Source of the DNA: an uncultured Gemmatimonadota bacterium | GTDB taxonomy: Bacteria; JAAXHH01 | Reading direction: 5' to 3' | Length of the DNA stretch: 64,000 nt | Assembly: GCA_951812955.1 (NCBI GenBank) | Contig: OX638340.1 | Location: 3,744,001 to 3,808,000 of the forward strand | Shown here: positions 57,013-64,000 of the stretch, piece by piece | Numbering within the stretch: the stretch's first letter is position 1 | Layout: each line of letters starts with the position of its first letter | Program-made: the position numbers and the translations under genes | The notes under the pieces: generated by a model | The model's database searches: none | What the model saw: the letters and a program-made list of their open reading frames with translations, nothing else | Told to the model about the DNA's origin: nothing

Positions 57013-58842
57013 CTATTCCGGATGGAAATACCGGTAGACTTTCCGTGCAGCGTCTTTACCGACACCCTTGACCGCGGTGAGTTCCTCTTCGGTGCACTTT
57101 CTGATCTCTTCCACGGACCCGATCGCCATGATCAAATGTTGTTTCCGCTTGGGCCCTACGCCGGGTATGTTGTCCAATTCGGAGCGGATCATTCGGTTTC
57201 CCCGTCGCTGCCGGTGAAAGGTGACGGCGAACCGGTGGGCCTCGTCCCTGGCCTGCATGAGCATTTTCAGTGCGGGGGACGACCTTGGAATGACGATCGG
57301 TTCGGATTGGCCCGGACGGAATACTTCCTCCAGCCGCTTCGCAAGGCCGATGACGGGCAGATCGACCAGGCCGAGTTCGTTCAGGACCTGCCGGACGCTG
57401 GAGAGCTGTCCCTTTCCGCCGTCGATGAGCACAAGATCGGGTAGCGGCTTGCTTTCGTCGATCAACCGCCGGTAACGCCGGCCGACGACTTCCTGCATCA
57501 TGGCGAAGTCATTGGGACCGATCACGTCCCTGACCTTGAACTTCCGGTAGTCGGACTTGCGGGGGCGGCCGTCCACGAAACAGACCATGGAGGCCACCGG
57601 GTCCGATCCCTGGATGTTGGAGATGTCGAAAGTCTCGATGCGCCTCGGCGGGATGTCGATACCCAGGATCTCCTGCAGCGCCCCTACCGCGGCCGGAATA
57701 CTGCGGCGGACCCGGGCTTCGGCCCGTTTCAGCGCGTGGGTATTCAACTGCAGTTCGGCGTTCTGAACGGCCAACCGGACCATGGCGGCCTTATCGCCGC
57801 GCCGGGGTACGGCGATTTCGACTTTGGATCCCCGCTGCCGGGCCGTCCATTCCCGGAATGCGTCGATACCTTCCGGTTCGCCGGCCAGTAGAATCTCGTC
57901 GGGCCAAAGTTGGGCTGCGAGGTAGTACTGGGTCAGGAAGGCGCCCAACGTTTCCGGCTCCGCGGACTCCTCGGGCGCCGTCAGGAAGAAGTGCTCCTTG
58001 CCCAGCAGCTTGCCCTCCCTAACCTGCAATACCGCCCCGCAGACGTCGGTTCCGCTCCGCGCGAGCCCGATAATGTCCCGGTCCACTTCCCGGCTCGAGA
58101 ATGCGCGTTGCCGAATAGTCGTTTTCTCGATGGCGACGATCTGGTCGCGGATGCGACCCGCAAGTTCGAACTGCAGTTGCTCCGAGGCCCGCGCCATGCG
58201 TTCCTTTAGCTGTTTCAGCAGGTCCTTCGTCCTGCCGGAGAGAAACCGGCAGACCTGGTCGATGATCTCCCCGTAACCTTCCTCGCCGATGTGGCCCTTG
58301 CACGGCCCGGGACAGCGGTCGATGTAGTAGTCGAGGCAGGGCCGGTCCATGGACGGCCACGCGTTCGCGCTCGGGCAGGTGCGCAGGGGAAAGACCTTAC
58401 GGACCAGGTCGATGGTCCGGCGCATGGCCTTCACGTTGGTGTAGGGTCCGAAGTACCGGGCCCCGTCCTGCCGGACGTTGCGCGTGACCACGACTCTGGG
58501 GTAGGTCTCGTTGGTAACCATGATGAAGGGAAAGGACTTGTCGTCGCGCAGCATCACATTGTACCGCGGCCTGTGCTCCTTGATGAGGTGGTCTTCGAGC
58601 AGCAGCGCGTCGGCTTCCGATTCGGTCACAACGTAATCGAAATCATGAATCCGGCTGGCCAGGGCGACCGATTTCGGCTCCGTGTGGCGATTTTTCTGGA
58701 AATATGAGCGGATCCGCTGGCGCAGCACGCGCGTCTTGCCCACGTAGATGATGCGCGACCGGGTGTCTTTCATCAAGTACACGCCAGGCTTTCCGGGAAG
58801 CGACTTGAGTTTTTCTTCAATTTCCGTCGGTTTCGCAGCCAT
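57013..58842 (-). CDS. uvrC: excinuclease ABC subunit C
   Basis: GIY-YIG N-terminus (GVYLMKD..IIYVGKT), UvrBC-interaction, RNase-H-like endonuclease and C-terminal HhH; start at MAAKPTE (58842). Confidence 0.9.
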   Translation of the reverse strand: MAAKPTEIEEKLKSLPGKPGVYLMKDTRSRIIYVGKTRVLRQRIRSYFQKNRHTEPKSVALASRIHDFDYVVTESEADALLLEDHLIKEHRPRYNVMLRDDKSFPFIMVTNETYPRVVVTRNVRQDGARYFGPYTNVKAMRRTIDLVRKVFPLRTCPSANAWPSMDRPCLDYYIDRCPGPCKGHIGEEGYGEIIDQVCRFLSGRTKDLLKQLKERMARASEQLQFELAGRIRDQIVAIEKTTIRQRAFSSREVDRDIIGLARSGTDVCGAVLQVREGKLLGKEHFFLTAPEESAEPETLGAFLTQYYLAAQLWPDEILLAGEPEGIDAFREWTARQRGSKVEIAVPRRGDKAAMVRLAVQNAELQLNTHALKRAEARVRRSIPAAVGALQEILGIDIPPRRIETFDISNIQGSDPVASMVCFVDGRPRKSDYRKFKVRDVIGPNDFAMMQEVVGRRYRRLIDESKPLPDLVLIDGGKGQLSSVRQVLNELGLVDLPVIGLAKRLEEVFRPGQSEPIVIPRSSPALKMLMQARDEAHRFAVTFHRQRRGNRMIRSELDNIPGVGPKRKQHLIMAIGSVEEIRKCTEEELTAVKGVGKDAARKVYRYFHPE

Positions 58843-59031
58843 GGGATGGTTTACCGTACGCCGATTGCTGGTTTTTCGTATCGCCAGATCATGCCGGACG
58901 GTCAATTTAACCTTGACTTCCGGCATCCTCACGGGTAATTTGGCGTCTGTTCCATGCGAACCGTACAACAGGCCGCATAGGCCGACACGCCATGCGGTAT
59001 TTATCGTTCCAGCGTATAAAGGGAGTAAAAG

Positions 59032-59277
59032 TTGCCTACCCTCGTCTCATCGAAAAAGCGACTGCGCCAGGAAAGCGTGCGTCAGCGGCGTAGCGCCACG
59101 GTGAAATCCGCCCTCAGAACCGCCATCAAACGCTTGCGCGAGAACACGGATGCCAAAGCCGCGCCCGAGTTACTGGGCCAGGCCTATTCCAAACTGGATA
59201 AAGCCGTCAAGCGCAACGTGGTGCACCGGCGTACCGCCGCCCGCATCAAATCCAGGCTGACGCGGCAGGCCGGCTGA
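59032..59277 (+). CDS. rpsT: 30S ribosomal protein S20
   Basis: 81 aa, highly basic, KSALRTAIKR pattern; TTG start; leader contains a stem-loop. Confidence 0.85.
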   Translation: MPTLVSSKKRLRQESVRQRRSATVKSALRTAIKRLRENTDAKAAPELLGQAYSKLDKAVKRNVVHRRTAARIKSRLTRQAG

Positions 59278-59323
59278 AGCATTCCGCTCCGCTCCACCGG
59301 CCGGACGCGCGTCCCACATCCCT

Positions 59324-61108
59324 CTATTCAGCCTGACCGGCCTGAACGGCTAACCGCTGGTCTTCCACAGAATTCGCGTTATTTAAAGCTGCCTGTACAA
59401 ATCCCCGGAACAATGGTTGGGGCCTGTATGGACGGCTGGTCAACTCGGGGTGAAACTGCGTGCCTACGAAGAAGGGGTGCGTGGGGATTTCCAGGATCTG
59501 CATGATCTCTTCGTCAGGTGTCATGCCGGAGAACACCATACCCTTGTGCTCGATGAGTTCCCTGTACTGGTTGTTGAACTCGTACCGGTGGCGGAATCTC
59601 TCCATGGCCAATTCGGACCCGTAGCAGCCGTGGGCCATCGTGCCGGTCCTCACCTTTACCTCGTGTCCACCCAGCCGCATCGTGCCTCCCATTCCGGCCA
59701 GTTTGCGCTGGTCGGGCAGCAGGTATATGACCGGCGTTTCCGTCTCCGCGTCGAATTCGGCGTGGGCGGCATCACGCAATCCGCACTGGTTGCGCGCGAA
59801 CTCGATCACGGCCAGCTGGAAGCCATAGCACAGGCCCAGGAACGGCAGACCGTTCTCCCTGGCATACTGAATGAACGGGATCTTCCCTTCAGCGCCCCGC
59901 TCGCCGAAGCCGCCGGGTACGATGATCCCTGAGATCCCTTCGAATACCCCTGCGTCTGGCGGCCGGTCGCCCGAGAACTCGGTCGTATCGATCCACTCGA
60001 TGTCGATCTCCGCGCCCACGCTGACCTTGCTGTGATCCAGGGCGTTGAGGATGCTCACGTACGAATCGTGCAGGGCCGTGTACTTTCCGGTAATGGCAAT
60101 ACGTATTTCCGGGTGCGATTTCGACAGGTACTTGAGGTATATGTCGAACACCTTGGGTTTCTGGTCGGGCCGTTGCGGCAGATTCACGTTCAACTTGTCG
60201 GCGACAATCTGAACCGTTTTCTGGCGGTCGAGCAGGGTCGGCACCCGGTAGATGGAATCCGTATCCGGGCTGCTGATCACGCGGTCTTCCGCAATGTTGC
60301 AGTAGAGACTGATTTTCTGCCTGACGCTCGTGCTGAGCGGTATGGCTGAACGGCAGACCACGATATCGGGCTGTATGCCCAGTTGCAGGAGCGCTTTGAC
60401 GCTGTGTTGCGTGGGCTTGGTCTTCAATTCTCCCGCGGCCTCGTTATAGGGCACCTGCGTGACGTGGACCGACAGGACATTGTCCCGTCCCTCGTCGTAG
60501 AGCATCTCCCGCGCGGCCTCGATGAAGTGGATATTTTCGATATCCCCCACGGTGCCGCCGATCTCGACGACCAGGATATCGTAGGGCCCTTCGTGGGCCT
60601 TGGTACGCATGAGGTTCTTGATCTCGCCCGTCACGTGGGGTACGACCTGCACGTCCCGGCCCAGGTACTCGCCCCGCCGCTCTTTGTCGAGGATGATCCG
60701 GTACACCTTGCCGGAAGTGATGTAGTTGTTCTTGTTCAGGTCATCGTCGAGGAAGCGCTCGTAGGTGCCCAGGTCCATGTCGCACTCGGTCCCGTCTTCG
60801 AGTACGAACACCTCCCCGTGACGGTAGGGGTTGATGGTGCCGGCGTCCTGGTTCAGGTAGCCGTCGATCTTGACCTGGGAAACCGTGAATCCGTAATGCT
60901 TGAGCAGGTGTCCGAGTGAAGCGCTGAAGACGCCCTTGCCCACGCCGGACATGACTCCGCCGGTGACGAAGATATACTTGGTCCGCCCGATGCGGTAGTC
61001 GGTGGGGAAGAATTCGATGGCTTCGGTATCGACGGTCCTGGAGCTATGGGCGTCCAGATCGACGTCATCAAAAAACAAATCGTCGTTATAGTCCGCGGCG
61101 TCGGCCAA
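59324..61108 (-). CDS. pyrG: CTP synthase, with ~43-aa acidic N-terminal extension if the ATG at 61108 is used
   Basis: KYIFVTGGVMSGVGKG synthetase domain and C-terminal glutamine amidotransferase (GLCYGFQ, H, E); no alternative ATG/GTG/TTG near the canonical N-terminus. Confidence 0.9.
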   Translation of the reverse strand: MADAADYNDDLFFDDVDLDAHSSRTVDTEAIEFFPTDYRIGRTKYIFVTGGVMSGVGKGVFSASLGHLLKHYGFTVSQVKIDGYLNQDAGTINPYRHGEVFVLEDGTECDMDLGTYERFLDDDLNKNNYITSGKVYRIILDKERRGEYLGRDVQVVPHVTGEIKNLMRTKAHEGPYDILVVEIGGTVGDIENIHFIEAAREMLYDEGRDNVLSVHVTQVPYNEAAGELKTKPTQHSVKALLQLGIQPDIVVCRSAIPLSTSVRQKISLYCNIAEDRVISSPDTDSIYRVPTLLDRQKTVQIVADKLNVNLPQRPDQKPKVFDIYLKYLSKSHPEIRIAITGKYTALHDSYVSILNALDHSKVSVGAEIDIEWIDTTEFSGDRPPDAGVFEGISGIIVPGGFGERGAEGKIPFIQYARENGLPFLGLCYGFQLAVIEFARNQCGLRDAAHAEFDAETETPVIYLLPDQRKLAGMGGTMRLGGHEVKVRTGTMAHGCYGSELAMERFRHRYEFNNQYRELIEHKGMVFSGMTPDEEIMQILEIPTHPFFVGTQFHPELTSRPYRPQPLFRGFVQAALNNANSVEDQRLAVQAGQAE

Positions 61109-61281
61109 AGACTTGCTCCTTTTTCAGATTTTTGTTTTGAATACATTCGCACCTAAAATAGGGCCGGGCAGGTTTCATCGCAATACAAAATGTGTTCCGC
61201 GCTGACGAGGCCGTAGCTACGGTTTCTGCGCCAGGGATGGTTACCGGGGTGGGTCGCGTCAGGACCCTGATCACCTGCTCC

Positions 61282-62079
61282 TCAGAAATCCCCGATCCAC
61301 CTGCTCCTCAGCTCGTCGAGCGTTCCCTTCTGCCGCAACTGATAGAGCCAGAGGTTCAGCCAGTTTATAAAAGGCTGGTCGTCCCGGACGGTCATGTAAC
61401 CGATATCTTCCCTGGTCAGCGGGTTGGCCGGATTCACGGCGTAGAGCACGGGGTTCTGTCTCGCGTAGATGACCGCCTCGACGTTGTCCGTGAACATGAC
61501 GTCCACCTCTCCGGACGCCACGGCCGGTTGTACGTCCAGGTTGTCCTGGAACATGACAATGGTGGCCTGCTCGATATTGGCGCGGACGAAGGCCTCGTTC
61601 GTGCCGCCGTAGTTGGCGCCGATCCGGACCCCCGGCCGGTCGATGTCCGACAGACTGTTGAACCGTTCGCGGTCGGCCTTCCTGATGAGCGGTGATTTAC
61701 CGATGGTGACATACGGGCCGGTGAGGGCCAGTATCTTCTGCCGCTCGAGCGTGCGGGTGATGCCGCCCATGGCCAGATCGAACCGGTCGTTCAGGGTATC
61801 GTCGGACAGGCCGCTCCAGGTCGTGGGCAGGAACCGGACGCGGACGCCGAGCGCTTCCCCGAGCAGATGCGCCGCGTCGATGTCCATGCCCTCGTATTCT
61901 CCCGTCTCAGGGTTCAGATAGGTGAATGGCTTGTAATCGCCCGTCGTCCCGATGCGTATCTCACCCTTTTCAAGGATGCGGTCCAGCAGGGAGGTCTGGG
62001 CGTGTATGTTTGCAGAAGCGGTACACGCACATAGGATCAGCAGTACGGCCTGAAAGGCGCGAATGGGGTTGGTAGCCAT
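61282..62079 (-). CDS. family-3 solute-binding protein (amino-acid/cyclohexadienyl-dehydratase-like), secreted
   Basis: Signal peptide; SBP_bac_3 pattern (GTTGDYKPF, DIDAA..). Confidence 0.8.
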   Translation of the reverse strand: MATNPIRAFQAVLLILCACTASANIHAQTSLLDRILEKGEIRIGTTGDYKPFTYLNPETGEYEGMDIDAAHLLGEALGVRVRFLPTTWSGLSDDTLNDRFDLAMGGITRTLERQKILALTGPYVTIGKSPLIRKADRERFNSLSDIDRPGVRIGANYGGTNEAFVRANIEQATIVMFQDNLDVQPAVASGEVDVMFTDNVEAVIYARQNPVLYAVNPANPLTREDIGYMTVRDDQPFINWLNLWLYQLRQKGTLDELRSRWIGDF

Positions 62080-62337
62080 ATATTCTCCAGATGTTTGGTG
62101 TTATCCGGTGGATCGCAGAATCAATCCGTCGGCGTGGACTGAGGATGATCTTATAACGCTTGGGGCCGCCTTGTCAATCCATCTTGACAGTCCCGGTTTT
62201 GCCTTCTACCTTGAAATCGCATTTCGAACATACGGGACACACGTGCCATTTCCCTTGTCCTTCCGCTGGATAATCCGGTCCGACCGAAAGAGCCGGATCT
62301 GTCCTGCCCGTCGGTTCTGTTCGGATCCCTACAGGCC

Positions 62338-64000
62338 ATGTCACCAGTCTCTCCATCTTCGATACGGCCCGTTTTAACCGTACTTTTCATTATAATACTC
62401 ACTACCCCGTTCCTGTTCGCCCATTGGCTGGAGCGCGATTCAGCCGATTCAGCCGATTCAGATGCAGACCGGTACGGGTTCCGCCTGACGGATGCGACGG
62501 CGGCGGCCGGTATAGACTTCATGCACGCCAAGCCGGAACTAGATCCGGCACTCGACCCGATCATGCCTCACTTGACGGCCCTGGGAGCGTCCGTCTCAGT
62601 GATGGATTATGACAATGACGGGTGGCAGGACCTGTACGTGACCCGCAGCCGAAAAGGCGCGCCGAACGCGATGTATAGAAACCTGGGCGACGGAGGCTTC
62701 GAGGAGGTCGCAGGTACCATGGGCCTTGCCGATGTGAACGACGCCAGCGGCGTATCCATGGGGTCGGTGTGGGGTGACTACGACAACGATGGTTTCGAGG
62801 ATGTGTTCATATACAGGTGGGGCCGCCAGCGTCTGTTCAGAAACCAGGGCGGCGGCGCTTTCGAGGACGTGACCGGCGAATCGGGTCTCGACCGGTGGAT
62901 GAACGCGAACAGTTCGGTGTGGACGGACGTCGACCGGGATGGCCTGATCGATCTTTACGTTGGTGGGTATTTTTCGGAAGCCCATGACCTGTGGCAGGTT
63001 AAGACGACAAGGATCATGCAGGAGAGTTTCGAATATGCGGACAACGGGGGCCGCAACTATCTCTTCCTGAACCGGGGCGAGGGGCGTTTCGAAGACGTCA
63101 CGGAGGCTTTCGGGGTGGACTGCACGCGGTGGACCATGTCCATCGGCGCCGCCGACCTCGACGGCGACGGCTGGCCCGACCTTTACCTGGCCAACGACTA
63201 CGGTCCCGAGGTGCTCTTCATCAATCTCGAAGGCAAGGGATTCGAGCGATTGGACGGCGCAACGCTCGAGGAGACGTCCAAAAGCGGTATGAACGTGGCT
63301 TTCGGCGACCTGTACAACGACGGCCGCGCGGACGTCTACGTGACTAACATTTCGAAGCGCGGGTATCTTTTCCAGGGCAACAATCTGCGGCGCAACCTGA
63401 TCGCCGAAAACGGACGGATGGTCAATATCGCCGAGGGAGATATCGCCGACGCCGGGTGGGCGTGGGGCGCGCAGTTCGGCGACCTGAACAACGACGGCTT
63501 CGTGGACCTGTTCGTGACCAACGGCTTCGTCTCGGCCGACCCCGAGAAAGACTACTGGTACGAGATGTCGCGCGTCGCCATGGGCAACAACAACATTTTT
63601 CAGGACGTGCAGAACTGGGCGCCCATGGGAGACCAGAGCCTGTCCGGCTACGAGCGGTCCCGCCTCTACCTGAACGACGGAAACGGACGCTTCTACGACG
63701 TGGCGGAAGCCGCAGGCGTAATTGATCGGTACGACGGACGGGGCGTCGCCCTGGCCGACCTGTTCAACCGCGGAGCGCTGGACGTGGTCGTGGCCAACCA
63801 GGACGGACCCCTGATCCTGTACCGGAACGAGGTCGAGCGAGAGCACACGTGGGTTTCCTTTGAACTGCGGGGCGTACGCAGCAACGCCAGCGCCATCGGC
63901 GCCGAGATAAGGGTGTTCTGGGACGGAAGGCAGCAGCTGCAGGTCGTGACGGCCGGGGCCGGATTCGCCGCCCAGAGCCAGCGCAGGCGCCACTTCGGTC
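62338..64000 (+). CDS. CRTAC1/ASPIC-UnbV family protein with FG-GAP-like repeats (3' partial, continues past window end)
   Basis: Repeated D-x-D/N-x-DG-x-x-D calcium-binding loops (DYDNDGWQDLYV, DYDNDGFEDVFI, DLDGDGWPDLYL, DLNNDGFVDLFV); N-terminal TM/signal; open to 64000. Absent from the ORF track because there is no stop in the window. Confidence 0.8.
   Translation, partial: MSPVSPSSIRPVLTVLFIIILTTPFLFAHWLERDSADSADSDADRYGFRLTDATAAAGIDFMHAKPELDPALDPIMPHLTALGASVSVMDYDNDGWQDLYVTRSRKGAPNAMYRNLGDGGFEEVAGTMGLADVNDASGVSMGSVWGDYDNDGFEDVFIYRWGRQRLFRNQGGGAFEDVTGESGLDRWMNANSSVWTDVDRDGLIDLYVGGYFSEAHDLWQVKTTRIMQESFEYADNGGRNYLFLNRGEGRFEDVTEAFGVDCTRWTMSIGAADLDGDGWPDLYLANDYGPEVLFINLEGKGFERLDGATLEETSKSGMNVAFGDLYNDGRADVYVTNISKRGYLFQGNNLRRNLIAENGRMVNIAEGDIADAGWAWGAQFGDLNNDGFVDLFVTNGFVSADPEKDYWYEMSRVAMGNNNIFQDVQNWAPMGDQSLSGYERSRLYLNDGNGRFYDVAEAAGVIDRYDGRGVALADLFNRGALDVVVANQDGPLILYRNEVEREHTWVSFELRGVRSNASAIGAEIRVFWDGRQQLQVVTAGAGFAAQSQRRRHFG
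62437..62463 (+). repeat. in-frame 9-bp tandem repeat (gattcagcc x3) encoding DSADSADSD
   Basis: Seen directly in the N-terminal region of the CRTAC1-like gene. Confidence 0.8.

Noticed and set aside
61269-61311. Direct repeat gatcacctgctcctcag ... gatccacctgctcctcag at the 3' end of the solute-binding protein gene
   Set aside because: Only two imperfect copies, partly inside coding sequence; could be chance or a small terminator-associated element; insufficient to call.
1-64000. rRNA, tRNA, tmRNA, RNase P, mobile-element transposase or integrase genes
   Set aside because: No candidate sequences recognised anywhere in the window on either strand; only protein-coding genes and tandem repeats are supported.

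Overview
GC-rich (about 60-65% G+C by hand count of sampled stretches) chromosomal window from a Gram-negative bacterium, probably of the Bacteroidetes/FCB lineage. That assignment rests on inference: a conserved standalone HsdR_N-like protein with the 'LTPEEWVRQH' motif, a b558-type sdhCAB operon and tandem SurA paralogs. The first ~27 kb is dense housekeeping: plsC, HAD hydrolase, metE-like, rdgB, rph, ptsN, purC, mfd, two surA-like PPIases, holB, metG, tatD, rsmA/ksgA, pdxJ, secD and a secF-like gene. From ~27 kb to ~56 kb the content is accessory-like and paralog-rich: two formylglycine-type sulfatases, three Gfo/Idh/MocA oxidoreductases, three PhyH-family dioxygenases, four SDRs, a cyclase, HpcH aldolase, dienelactone hydrolase, enolase-superfamily enzyme, TIM-barrel sugar isomerase, DUF1611 and a hisD-like gene, with no transcription factor anywhere in the window. 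Embedded in this region are: (i) a ~1.5 kb AT-richer island (33.0-34.5 kb) carrying a translationally coupled pair of a small Cys-rich ORF and a 285-aa HEPN-like protein; (ii) the sdhCAB operon; (iii) two convergent, paralogous ~650-aa polytopic membrane proteins of unknown family. The window ends with uvrC, rpsT, pyrG, a family-3 solute-binding protein and a 3'-truncated CRTAC1/FG-GAP protein. Several intergenic spaces carry unrelated 18-38 bp tandem minisatellites. Most genes are tightly packed, with many overlapping stop/start codons (ATGA, TAATG). Many long antisense ORFs in the six-frame track are GC-frame artefacts and are not reported as genes.
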